From: Candidatus Moraniibacteriota bacterium
Lineage (GTDB): Bacteria; Patescibacteriota; Minisyncoccia; Moranbacterales; UBA2206
NCBI GenBank assembly: GCA_013334765.1
Contig: JAAXWW010000003.1
Location: 49,354-113,353 of the forward strand
Length of the DNA: 64,000 bases
Direction: 5' to 3'
Part shown: positions 25,999-35,592 of the stretch, in pieces
Layout: the number at the start of each line of letters is the position of its first letter
How positions within the stretch are numbered: position 1 is the stretch's first letter
Program-made: the position numbers and the translations under genes
Notes under the pieces: model-generated
What the model saw: the letters and a program-made list of their open reading frames with translations, nothing else
What the model was told of the DNA's origin: nothing
Database searches by the model: none

Positions 25999-28512
25999 CT
26001 ATTCTCCCAGCTGCCTGACCCAGTGCTGGAACTGGTCGCCTTTTTCTTCGAAATTCTTCCAGAGGCTATAGCTGGGCGAGGCGGTGGAAAGGAGGCAGGC
26101 ATCTCCGCTCGCGGTGTTGGCATAGGCGAAGGCTACAGCCTCCTGCATGTCTTTCGTTTCCAATATATTCAGCTCTTCTCGGGACGCGAAAATCCTTTTT
26201 CCGCTGTCGGGGAAAAGGACGATGTTTTTGATGCCGTTCTTCCTGATTTCCTTTTCCAGTTCCGAGAAATCATATCCGCGGTCTTCTCCGCCTAGGAAAA
26301 TAGTGCCGACGTGTGGGATGGTTTTGATTGCCATGATGGTTGATTCTGGAGTGGTCGATATGGCATCGTCATAGAACCGGATGCCTTTGAACTCTCCGAC
26401 CGGTTCGAGCCTATGAGCAAGAGGCTTGAATTTCTTGATTGCACGCATGATTACATCATCCGATATGCCAAATTGTTTTGCGGTTGCGATCGCTGCCCTG
26501 ATATTGTTTTTGTTGTGCTCGCCCAAGAGCGACGTTTCGATTCCGAAAAGAGAAATATTGGAAAAAGAAATTCCTTTCGCCGCGGTTTCACTTTCCCACG
26601 CTACAAGCCTTTCGTCTTTTCCGTTATAGATGAAAATATCTCCTGGTTTTTGGAAAGAAATGATATTCTTTTTGGCGGCATAATAATTATCCACTCCATC
26701 GTGATAGTTCATGTGTTCCGGGAAAAGATTGAGTGCCACAGCGATGCTTGGTGAATATTCGATGTCGTCCAATTGATAGCTTGAAAGTTCCAGCACGAAA
26801 ATCTCATCTGGATCAACAGGCACCATCAATGATTCAAGCATCGGTTTGCCGATATTGCCGAGCAGGCTGACTTTTTTGCCGGCCTCTTTGAGGATCGAAT
26901 ATATCAATGAGGATGTGGTGCTCTTTCCTTTGCTGCCTGTTATTCCGATCGTCGTATTCTTGACGTTGGAGAAAAACAGATTGGTCGCAGTCACGTATGG
27001 GATGGTCAGCAGTTCCTTTCTGATTCCTGGAGTCTTGATAGCCAGATCATAACCGGACTGTTTTTCGAGATAATCTTCGTCCAGTTCCTTGTCTGCGATG
27101 CCTATTTTGAGATCTGAAAAATATTTCCGGAGATATTTTTCGGTTACTTTCCCCTCTTTGCCATAGCCCAGAATCAAGACGTTTTTTATGCCGAGCAATC
27201 TGAATTTGGCGGGGAGAGTCGGAGCGTTGTTGGTTTTCATAACATCCCGGGTCAATTTCTCCGGGCTTTCTATTTTCGGCAGGAATTCTTTGACAATGAT
27301 GCTTTCCTTGAATTTCCTGCTCGCCAAACTCAGCGCCGCTCTCGATTCGTCGAAGGTGCCGACGCAGTCGAACGGTTTCATTTCCCCGAATCCGAGGATA
27401 TCGCCAAACATCGGGATCAGATTTTCATCCTCGAACATGTTTTTGCCGAAAATTTCCAGCAGCTCTTTCTTTGGCAAGAATGCCGAAAGAAGCGTGAAAA
27501 CGAAAGCGCACTTCGCGCACTCGCAGCACCAAAGCGACGGCTGCCTTTCCTTATGGACTTTGAAGCTCCGGTTGCAGCTTGAGAAATATGGGAAATATTT
27601 TTTGTGATGAGCGAACATCTCGGCGATCCTGATTTCATAGAAAGGCCGCGGCAGCGAGAAATATGTGATGCCGGAAGAGAGGCGCTGCCTGGCATAGTCC
27701 TGGAAAAGCTTCTCGAATTCCATGGATTTGCTCCATTGATGGTTCACTTCTTCGCCGAGATACGCGGCATTGCCGAAATTGCTGCTGAATTCGTTTCCGA
27801 CAGCGACATACGAGAAGTCATATATGGCAGCGGCGAGGTAGCCGAGAAACGCGAAGATGGCGGAAACCGGGACATGGCCGTTGTATGATCCCTCGTGAGG
27901 CGCGAATATCTTCTCGTCCAGATAGCGCCTGATCTTCAGGGACGGAACGCCCATCTCTTTGACGACAGCATCCGAGATCGAGGAATCCTTTTGGGTTTCG
28001 ATGAGAAGCGCCGTGACTGAGTCGCCGTTTTTCTTGAGCAGCTCGCCGGCAACGACGGAATCTTTCCCGCCGCCTATGCCGAGCAGTATCCGGTTTTTCC
28101 TTTTCAACGGATAGGCTTCGGTTTTCAGGTTTTCATCACAGGGGAAATCGATCAGGTTCCTGGAGTCGATCCGGTTCTGATAGAAAAATTCGCCCAGGCC
28201 TTTTCGATATATGGTGTTCCAGAAATCCGCTTGGGCTTTCGAGATTTTCCTGGATAGGACCATCTTCGGCGGACAATACAGCTTGTAGTAGCTGATGCCG
28301 AGCATCAGATGCACGTCTTGAAGGATATTCTCTAGGAGTCCGGGCGGAACCGTGTCGAACTCCAAGCCTTCAGGAAAAGCTATGGTCTCCCTGAAAGAAA
28401 GCGCGGGGCTGTTGGCGAATCCTATTTCATAGTCGAAAACGGCCTTCTTCTCCTGAGGCTTCATTTCGAATGAGACGAACGTGAATTTTTCGGCTTTCGG
28501 CTGGGTCGGCAT
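25999..28512 (-). CDS. murD: fusion protein: N-terminal PP-loop-like domain of unknown function (~420 aa) plus complete UDP-MurNAc-L-Ala--D-Glu ligase MurD (~420 aa)
   Basis: C-terminal half has all MurD hallmarks: KNVLILGYGKEG, IGITGSKGKSTT, ELSSYQL, NLFPEHMNYHDG, GEHNKNNIRAAIATA, HRLE, FYDDAISTTPEST, SPSYSLWKNFEEKGDQF. N-terminal half carries GIGGGKDSVVAGELL (SGGxDS-like) and a Cys cluster CCECAKC. Single continuous 837-aa frame. Confidence 0.75.
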   Translation of the reverse strand: MPTQPKAEKFTFVSFEMKPQEKKAVFDYEIGFANSPALSFRETIAFPEGLEFDTVPPGLLENILQDVHLMLGISYYKLYCPPKMVLSRKISKAQADFWNTIYRKGLGEFFYQNRIDSRNLIDFPCDENLKTEAYPLKRKNRILLGIGGGKDSVVAGELLKKNGDSVTALLIETQKDSSISDAVVKEMGVPSLKIRRYLDEKIFAPHEGSYNGHVPVSAIFAFLGYLAAAIYDFSYVAVGNEFSSNFGNAAYLGEEVNHQWSKSMEFEKLFQDYARQRLSSGITYFSLPRPFYEIRIAEMFAHHKKYFPYFSSCNRSFKVHKERQPSLWCCECAKCAFVFTLLSAFLPKKELLEIFGKNMFEDENLIPMFGDILGFGEMKPFDCVGTFDESRAALSLASRKFKESIIVKEFLPKIESPEKLTRDVMKTNNAPTLPAKFRLLGIKNVLILGYGKEGKVTEKYLRKYFSDLKIGIADKELDEDYLEKQSGYDLAIKTPGIRKELLTIPYVTATNLFFSNVKNTTIGITGSKGKSTTSSLIYSILKEAGKKVSLLGNIGKPMLESLMVPVDPDEIFVLELSSYQLDDIEYSPSIAVALNLFPEHMNYHDGVDNYYAAKKNIISFQKPGDIFIYNGKDERLVAWESETAAKGISFSNISLFGIETSLLGEHNKNNIRAAIATAKQFGISDDVIMRAIKKFKPLAHRLEPVGEFKGIRFYDDAISTTPESTIMAIKTIPHVGTIFLGGEDRGYDFSELEKEIRKNGIKNIVLFPDSGKRIFASREELNILETKDMQEAVAFAYANTASGDACLLSTASPSYSLWKNFEEKGDQFQHWVRQLGE

Positions 28513-28588
28513 AGTTTTTTAGTTATATTTCCGGAAGGCTAAGAGTAGCATGTTTCCGGCTGGCAATCAATACCGGCCGGGTCACTGA

Positions 28589-29797
28589 TTATGGATAGAA
28601 GCTTTTTATGAGCTTGTTGTATTCCCTGACTTTCTGGTTATATGAATTTATCTTAGCATTATATGCCGAAACTTCCTTGCTATATGCATCCGCCTGGTCG
28701 TTATATTCCTTCGCCAGGCTGTTATACTTCTCATAATCCTTGTTTTTCTTGTATTTGTCCAGGCTGGTTTTCATGCTTTCCAGCTCTTCCTTGTCGGAGG
28801 CTATCCGCTGTTTTTCCAAAGCGAGCTGCTTGTCCATGCTTTGGATGTCGCTTTTCAGCTGAACGATCTTTTTTTCGGTCTTGAGCGTGGCGACGATTCC
28901 GCCATATGATTTGCCGGCTGTCTTGGCTAGGATGTTCGGATCGCCAAGGGCGGTCTGATTCCCGGCTTCCGCGCCGAAATATGGGATATCCTGGTTTGCT
29001 AACGGCTTGTTGCTGAGCGGGTCAAGATTCGGGACCAGCCCGATGATGTTTTCCGGCGCGGTCGTTTCGGCATAGCAGTATCCGCTGCCGTAGGTGGAAT
29101 ATTCATCGGGACACTGGATACCGATGGCCATGTGATGCGCATCGGGATATTCGAACAGCGCGACGCCATATCCCGCCTGCTTCAGAAGAAGATAGGCCAG
29201 GAAGCTCTTGTCCGAGCAGATGCCTTTTTTGTCAAAAAGGGTTTCGTATGGATAGCGCGGCAGATGGATTCCGTCCTGGTTTCCATAGCCGTCCGACAGA
29301 AGCTCTTTGGCTCCGGCGTCGTCATATGGAAGCGCTTGGACAAAAGCCAGGATGAGCTCAGCTGACTGGTCATCAGTCAGCTTGCTTTTCTGCGCCTGGG
29401 CGCGGATGGCATCGGCAAGCTCCGTTATGAATCTGTCATTCGGCAGGCCAGTGAGGAACATGCCAGCATATTGCTCTTCCCAATCGGTCGGGAGCGTTCC
29501 TTGATATTGGTATTGGCGCGGCAGGTTGTAATAGTAGTCGTAGAGGGATTGGTATAGGGTCAGATCTATGGAATATGACTGATTGCGATATTTCCAATCG
29601 AACGATTTTTCGGTGGGATCAGTGAGTTCGACGGTTTTATTTTCGACAACGGAAGAACGTTTTTTGAGCAAGGGAATATTAGTGATGCTATCAGAAAGGC
29701 GTTCTTTTATGTTCGGAGAAAAAACGATAGCAATGATTGCGATAGTAATCGAGATCCTTAATATTATTCTGAAAAATTTCCTGATGAGGATAGCCAT
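28589..29797 (-). CDS. membrane-anchored transglutaminase-like (papain-fold Cys-His-Asp) protein with C-terminal coiled-coil
   Basis: N-terminal TM. DKKGICSDKSFLAYLLLKQAGY core Cys motif. Later His (HHMAIG) and Asp. Last ~110 aa Lys/Glu-rich coiled-coil. Confidence 0.5.
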   Translation of the reverse strand: MAILIRKFFRIILRISITIAIIAIVFSPNIKERLSDSITNIPLLKKRSSVVENKTVELTDPTEKSFDWKYRNQSYSIDLTLYQSLYDYYYNLPRQYQYQGTLPTDWEEQYAGMFLTGLPNDRFITELADAIRAQAQKSKLTDDQSAELILAFVQALPYDDAGAKELLSDGYGNQDGIHLPRYPYETLFDKKGICSDKSFLAYLLLKQAGYGVALFEYPDAHHMAIGIQCPDEYSTYGSGYCYAETTAPENIIGLVPNLDPLSNKPLANQDIPYFGAEAGNQTALGDPNILAKTAGKSYGGIVATLKTEKKIVQLKSDIQSMDKQLALEKQRIASDKEELESMKTSLDKYKKNKDYEKYNSLAKEYNDQADAYSKEVSAYNAKINSYNQKVREYNKLIKSFYP

Positions 29798-29900
29798 GCT
29801 CCCTTAAAAAATGATTAACCGATAATCCAATGATAACAAAAATGGCGATGATTTGCCATAAAAACATCTGCCATCAATTCTGAAAAGCTATTATATTATA

Positions 29901-30719
29901 TCAATATCGCACTGTTCCTCTGATATTCTTCAATAAAAAAACGGAAGAAAAAATGGCAAGCATGACGAGGACTATGGTTCCGCCAGTTGAAAGGTTGAAA
30001 TAGAAAGAAGCGAAAATCCCTGAAACTACGGATAAGAGAGAGATGATCTCTGCATAAATGATTGTGTGAATGAAGCTTTTTCTGAATTGAAGCGCGGTTA
30101 TGACAGGAATGACGATAAGCGCCGAAATCAGGAGAACTCCGACAATCGGAATGGCTAGCGAAACTGTCATAGCAGCCAGGATTATGAGTATGGTGTTTAT
30201 GAGTCTGGTTGAGATGCCACTCACTTTGGCCGCCTCTTCGTCGAAGGTGACATAGACAAGCGGTTTATAGAAAACTGCCAGGATTGATATTACAATGACT
30301 GCTAGGATTGAAATTATGCGAACGTCCGAAGCTGTCACTGTCACGATGCTGCCGAAAAGATAGCTGAACAAACTAGAATTCAATCCATGTCCAAGACTCA
30401 GAATGACAACCGCCAGAGCGAGCGATCCGGAGAGGAAAAGCGCCAGCGCCGATTCGCCATAGACTTTTTTTGAAACTCTCAATTTCTCAACACCCAAAGA
30501 AGCGGCAACGGCTGTTGCAAGAGCGGTTAGGACTGGGTTTATTCCGAAAAAAATTCCAATTGCAATGCCTGCCAATGACACATGCGCCAATGTATCGGCG
30601 ATGAGTGAATAACGCCTCAGGACAAGAAATATTCCTATTGCGGGAGCAATGATGGCAACAAGGATGCCGGCTTCGAGCCCTCTTACTATGAAAGCATATT
30701 GAAAGATATTCTCAAACAT
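29901..30719 (-). CDS. znuB: metal (Zn/Mn) ABC transporter permease, ABC-3 family
   Basis: 272 aa, 8-9 TM helices. Directly abuts the ATPase gene. Confidence 0.75.
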   Translation of the reverse strand: MFENIFQYAFIVRGLEAGILVAIIAPAIGIFLVLRRYSLIADTLAHVSLAGIAIGIFFGINPVLTALATAVAASLGVEKLRVSKKVYGESALALFLSGSLALAVVILSLGHGLNSSLFSYLFGSIVTVTASDVRIISILAVIVISILAVFYKPLVYVTFDEEAAKVSGISTRLINTILIILAAMTVSLAIPIVGVLLISALIVIPVITALQFRKSFIHTIIYAEIISLLSVVSGIFASFYFNLSTGGTIVLVMLAIFSSVFLLKNIRGTVRY

Positions 30720-31490
30720 TTAGTTATGGTGATGATGGGTTATGAATTTCACTTTGTTTCCAGCAATATCTGAAAGCTCGCTTTCTGCCAAATATTCTTC
30801 CGGTGAAATGTGGCATGTGAGGGTTTTATCGACACAGGCTATATGCATGACTTCGCGTGTCATCCGTTCTATGTCATGAGACACCAGAACAAGCGTTATG
30901 CCTATTTCCTTGTTCAATTTTTGGAGCAATGCATAAAAACCATCCTGCGTTTTTTTGTCTACGCCAGTCGTCGGTTCATCCAAAAAAATCACTTCCGGGT
31001 GGTTAGTGAGCGCGCGCGCAATGAAAACTCTCTGTTGCTGTCCGCCGGACAAATCTCCGATTAGCTTATCTTTGTGTTCCCACATTCCGACTTGATTGAG
31101 CGCATATTCGACCGCCTCTTTGTCTTCATGGGAAATTCTCTGAAATAATTTCTTGCTTCCATATCGCCCCATCATGACGACTTCATGAACGCTAATAGGA
31201 AAATTAGCATCAAAATTGACAGCTTTCTGAGGCACATAACCGATCTTGTGCCAGTCCTTGAAATTCCGGATATCCGAACTGAATAACTCCACCGTTCCTT
31301 TTTGGGGAGAGATGAGTCCGAGCATTGATTTGAGAAGCGTTGTTTTCCCTGAACCATTGGGTCCGACGATTCCGATATAGTCTCCCTGGTGGATCGCTAG
31401 GGTAACGTCTTCCAAAACATTATCTATCCCGTCATATGAAAAAGATAGACCTTTGACTTCGATGATGTTTTTAGTGTGATCTACTGGCAT
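30720..31490 (-). CDS. znuC: metal ABC transporter ATP-binding protein
   Basis: GPNGSGKTTLLK, LSGGQQQRV, DEPT. C-terminal His-rich tail ITHHHHN. Confidence 0.8.
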   Translation of the reverse strand: MPVDHTKNIIEVKGLSFSYDGIDNVLEDVTLAIHQGDYIGIVGPNGSGKTTLLKSMLGLISPQKGTVELFSSDIRNFKDWHKIGYVPQKAVNFDANFPISVHEVVMMGRYGSKKLFQRISHEDKEAVEYALNQVGMWEHKDKLIGDLSGGQQQRVFIARALTNHPEVIFLDEPTTGVDKKTQDGFYALLQKLNKEIGITLVLVSHDIERMTREVMHIACVDKTLTCHISPEEYLAESELSDIAGNKVKFITHHHHN

Positions 31491-32410
31491 TGCAATGCTA
31501 TTTTTAGGTTGATAAGATTATCTCTCATGGCAGTCAGATAATTTTCTCCGTTGGCTATTTCTTCTTCGCTAAGGCCTTCCATCGGATTGAGAACGAGCGT
31601 TTTGGCGCCGACTTCTGAAGCGATCGTTTCGGAAAGCTTGGGACTGACTAGGCTCTCGAAAAATATGTATTTGACGTTGTTAGCTTTAGCGAAATTTGAG
31701 ATGTCTGCCAATTGCGATGGGGACGGCTCGGCATCCGGTGAAAGCCCAGCAATCGAAACCTGATTGAGTCCGTATTCTTTTGCCATATATCCGAACGCAG
31801 CATGAGAAGTGATAATATTTTTCTCGGAGCAATTACTTAATCCTTTTTTGTATTCTTGATCGAGATCCTCCAGATCTTTTTTGAGTTTATCAGCATTAGC
31901 TTGATAGTAGGCATCATTGGATGAATCAGCTGTTTTGAACCCTTGAGCAATCTTGTCGACCATCATCTTGGCTAGTGACGGCGCAAGCCAAACGTGCGGA
32001 TCGGTTCGCGCTTTTCCTTCCTCCATCATTTGCTCTGTGGTCAATCCTTCGCCCGCGAAGACTATTTTGGTTTTTTGGATATCGATATTTTTCTGAATAT
32101 CAGCTCCCCAGGCTTCAAGTCCTCCGCCGTTCAGGATGATGAGGTTGCTCTTTTCCATCCCTGCCATATCTTTGGCAGTCGGCTCATAGTCATGCGGCTC
32201 GGCGCCGGATGGCACGACATTCGCAACATTCGCCTTGTCGCCTCCGATCTGGGAAGCGAAGAAATAGAGCGGATAGAAACTGGCCGTCACTTGAATCTTC
32301 CCCGACTGAACTTTTTCGGAAGAATGTTTGATATTTCGATTAGCATAATAAACCACTCCGACAATTGCGATTAATAAAACTAGGAATGGGATAACCTTTC
32401 TTTTTTTCAT
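31481..32410 (-). CDS. znuA: metal ABC transporter substrate-binding protein (ZnuA/TroA cluster 9)
   Basis: Signal/TM, SFYPLYFFASQIGGD...PSGAEPHDYEP metal-site motifs. 10-nt overlap with znuC. Confidence 0.8.
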   Translation of the reverse strand: MKKRKVIPFLVLLIAIVGVVYYANRNIKHSSEKVQSGKIQVTASFYPLYFFASQIGGDKANVANVVPSGAEPHDYEPTAKDMAGMEKSNLIILNGGGLEAWGADIQKNIDIQKTKIVFAGEGLTTEQMMEEGKARTDPHVWLAPSLAKMMVDKIAQGFKTADSSNDAYYQANADKLKKDLEDLDQEYKKGLSNCSEKNIITSHAAFGYMAKEYGLNQVSIAGLSPDAEPSPSQLADISNFAKANNVKYIFFESLVSPKLSETIASEVGAKTLVLNPMEGLSEEEIANGENYLTAMRDNLINLKIALQCQ

Positions 32411-32446
32411 ATTTGATAAGATAAAAAATTGATCCGTTATAAAAGG

Positions 32447-32857
32447 CTATATGCATTTTTCGCATAACCCGTAAAATTCTAGGGAATGTTCCAGAACTTT
32501 GAATTTTTCTTTGGCATAAATATCTTTTTCCTGCCGCTCCAGATGTCCTTCAAGAACGATTTCTTTGACACTGTTGCATTTTAGACAAACAAGATGATGG
32601 TGATGATCGCTGCAGATTTCATAATACATTTTGTGATCAGAAAACTGTATCTTCTTGATGATTTTTCTTTCCAGTAAAAAGAGCAATTCCCGATAGACAG
32701 TGGTTCGATCGGCTTTAATGTCCACTAAAGATAATCCTTCTTGGATTTCAGAAGATGTGATTGGTTTTTTCTCACCGACAAATATGCCAACCATTGCCTT
32801 GCGGATCTTGGTGAGACGGAATCCGTCTTTTTTTATTTTCTGAAGGATATTATCCAC
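32447..32857 (-). CDS. zur: Fur-family metalloregulator (probably Zur)
   Basis: 136 aa. HHHLVCLKC...C metal sites. Heads the znuACB operon. Confidence 0.75.
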   Translation of the reverse strand: MDNILQKIKKDGFRLTKIRKAMVGIFVGEKKPITSSEIQEGLSLVDIKADRTTVYRELLFLLERKIIKKIQFSDHKMYYEICSDHHHHLVCLKCNSVKEIVLEGHLERQEKDIYAKEKFKVLEHSLEFYGLCEKCI

Positions 32858-32926
32858 GGGAAGATATAGTTATTTGCAACATTGTTGCATTAAATATACC
32901 ACGCCGGATCATCCATGTCAAAAAGA

Positions 32927-35428
32927 TTAGAAATAGCCCCATACTTTATTAATGGAAAGATTCATTGAAATCAAGCTGTTTTCCAAAAACTGCGTTGCCC
33001 AATGTTTTTGATCATGACAATCGGTGAAACTGTATTGATTGCCTTCTGACATAATATTTCCATGAGCATGGATAAGATTGCCTATGTTTTCTGCTGTGCA
33101 CTCGTTCGGTTTTATGGATGTTCCATAGTTCAAAAGAGTAATCCTCCTTTTCTGTTGGTCTAAATTCATTGGGGAAATCTTTCCAGCAATTTCCAGAGTT
33201 TCAGAATCATCATTTTCGCTATCTGCATAGCTGTTGTTATCCTCTTCCTTCTTTTCCAGTTCTGGACCTTGTGCTTCTTCTTGATTATTTGTCACTTCAT
33301 CTTGCGCGACTGTTGGTTCGCTTCTTGGGTTTTCTGCCTCCGAAGCAGCCGTGTCATCAGCATCGTTCCCTGTTTTTATCCAATTCCACTGCCCGTTGAG
33401 CTTTTGATAAATCTCGCCTTTTTCAATATTGTCTTTGGCATATGAAATCTTGGCAGCCGCTTTGCCGCTCGGATATCTGAGTTCCAGATTTCCAGCTTTG
33501 TTGCCTAGTGAAAAAAGAGTATATTCCCGGGTCATCTTTTTCGTTTTCCCGGCATCGATTTCGAAATCGGAAAGGATGACATGATTAAGGAGAACGTTTT
33601 GCCCTGTCACCATCTTCCAGCCTACAAGATTCACTTTCTTCTTGGAATTGTTTTTTATTTCGATCCATTCCCCTCCTTCATCATCTTCAAGCGGATTTGG
33701 TGAAAGCCCGACTATCTCAAGCTTGAACGACGGATATTTCTTGACCTCGATTTTCATTTTTTTGGTCGTTTTTTCAATTCCGTTATCAACGGAAAATGTT
33801 ACGTCATATTTACCCTTCTTCAAATAGGTATGGTTGACCTCTTGAAGATAGCTTCTTTTTCCATCGCCGAAATCCCAAACGTATTTGAGTTCATCTTTGT
33901 GTTTGTCCCTTACTTCCGCTGAAAATAAAATAGGGAGACCAAGATAGGCATCTTTTATTTTTCCGATCTTTATTTTTGGCGCCGGATCGAACTTGTTTTT
34001 CTTTCCAGGAGTTTTCGAACTGCTCCATTTCCAATCATCGCCATCGAAACCCAAGGAAATATCCTTCTTGGCGCTCGTATAGTTCACTGAGGAAATCGTG
34101 TTGCCGTCTGGATCCATGAAGTATATCGTGTCGGAAGTTTTGAGAGCAAAACTGAAAAGTTTGCGGTAAACTGTCAGGTATCCGCCAGATTTCAAAACAT
34201 ATCCCTCTGGAAAAACGAATTTGGTCGTCTTGGCGTTATTCTTGAGCATCCAGTCTTTGAGGTTTATTTCAAAATCTTCTCCGTTATATATCTCGATATA
34301 CGAATCTTTGTTCTTTTCCCCTTTCGGATATGGCAACAGCTCATTAAGGCGGATGTCGTAGTCGCTGGATCCGGATGTTCCGGATTTTTCATCTTCCGAT
34401 TCGGTTTCATCGAATTTGTTATTTTCTCCGGGAGTAAGAATAGACGTCCAAACCCAAGCGCTGCCATCGAAACTGAATGAGAAGTTTTTATCCGCCCCGG
34501 TATACGAGGCTTGATCGATTTCCTTGTCTTGAGAGTCCAGAAGATGAACTGTTTGAGGCGATGAGTGATTCAAGCTGAAATTCCTTGTGAGTGCAAGCAA
34601 GTCACCAGGCTCGATTATTGTTCCAGCAGGAAAGATGTATTTGTGAATCCCGTTAGTTATTTTCCAATCTGAAATATCCATACATGCATCTCCGAAATTT
34701 CCAATTTCAATATATTGATTATCGCTCGATTCGGCATATGGAAAAATCTCATTCAATTTCACATTTTCAGAAGAAGTGGCACACTCGCTCAAATCGCCTC
34801 CCGGATCATCTCCATCACCTGCTTCATCACCACCTCCTTCCTTAACGCTGCTGGTATTTCTTGGCAAAGGCGAATCGTTCAGTAAAAAATCTGCCGAGTT
34901 GTCGTCACTGTCTTCAAAATCAATCCTTTCGATGCTTTGCTCTGCCGACGGTTTTGGGGCAGGAAATTCCTCAGCAAAAAGATATATTCCTGCACCATAT
35001 GCGACGCGGTCAACTATGGAAGTCCCGGAAACGCTATCATCACTTAGATATGATTGATTGTTCACCAAGAAAACGGTCCCGCCCGTACTGGACAATGACT
35101 GGCTCCAAGACATATCAAGCGGCACTGATCCGCTATATTCTGAAGAATTTCCGATCAGGAAATATCCGTGTGGTGGAATCTTATTTCCGGAAACGAAGTT
35201 CTTCCTGGAAAAAGATGCAGCGCTTCCTCCTCGATATTGAACCGACCAACTCTCGATACTAACAGCTGAATCTGTCGGGTTGTATAGCTCGATGAAATAT
35301 GCCGAGCCAGTCTTGATTTGGTTTATGATGACATGTTCACTATCGGCATTGCCAACCTCAAGAAAACTGAAAAATCCAAAGAGTGTGAAAAACGCGAAAA
35401 CGAAACCACCGATTATTTTTCTTTTCAT
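32927..35428 (-). CDS. secreted protein with four lamin-tail domains (LTD) and one PKD domain
   Basis: Signal peptide. LTD signatures AYFIELYNPTDSAVSIESWSVQY, NQYIEIGNFGDACMDISDWKI, SYIEIYNGEDFEINLKDWML and GEWIEIKNNSKKKVNLVGWKM. PKD motif WDFGDGKRSYLQEVNHTYLKKGKYDVTFSV. Confidence 0.65.
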   Translation of the reverse strand: MKRKIIGGFVFAFFTLFGFFSFLEVGNADSEHVIINQIKTGSAYFIELYNPTDSAVSIESWSVQYRGGSAASFSRKNFVSGNKIPPHGYFLIGNSSEYSGSVPLDMSWSQSLSSTGGTVFLVNNQSYLSDDSVSGTSIVDRVAYGAGIYLFAEEFPAPKPSAEQSIERIDFEDSDDNSADFLLNDSPLPRNTSSVKEGGGDEAGDGDDPGGDLSECATSSENVKLNEIFPYAESSDNQYIEIGNFGDACMDISDWKITNGIHKYIFPAGTIIEPGDLLALTRNFSLNHSSPQTVHLLDSQDKEIDQASYTGADKNFSFSFDGSAWVWTSILTPGENNKFDETESEDEKSGTSGSSDYDIRLNELLPYPKGEKNKDSYIEIYNGEDFEINLKDWMLKNNAKTTKFVFPEGYVLKSGGYLTVYRKLFSFALKTSDTIYFMDPDGNTISSVNYTSAKKDISLGFDGDDWKWSSSKTPGKKNKFDPAPKIKIGKIKDAYLGLPILFSAEVRDKHKDELKYVWDFGDGKRSYLQEVNHTYLKKGKYDVTFSVDNGIEKTTKKMKIEVKKYPSFKLEIVGLSPNPLEDDEGGEWIEIKNNSKKKVNLVGWKMVTGQNVLLNHVILSDFEIDAGKTKKMTREYTLFSLGNKAGNLELRYPSGKAAAKISYAKDNIEKGEIYQKLNGQWNWIKTGNDADDTAASEAENPRSEPTVAQDEVTNNQEEAQGPELEKKEEDNNSYADSENDDSETLEIAGKISPMNLDQQKRRITLLNYGTSIKPNECTAENIGNLIHAHGNIMSEGNQYSFTDCHDQKHWATQFLENSLISMNLSINKVWGYF

Positions 35429-35520
35429 TTATTCTTTTATTTTTTCATGTTATTAAATCAACAATAATCAAGATAACATTTTCAAAATAAGGAAAAATAA
35501 AATAAGGTTAAAAGAAAAAT

Positions 35521-35554
35521 AAAAAACCTGCGTCCGCTATTGCAATGGCGCAGG
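35521..35554 (-). terminator. rho-independent terminator after mltG
   Basis: Minus strand cctgcgccattgcaatagcggacgcagg followed by tttttt. Confidence 0.55.
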
Positions 35555-35592
35555 TCTGACTGCCGAATGATAAATCTATTTTTTTGTTTTAC

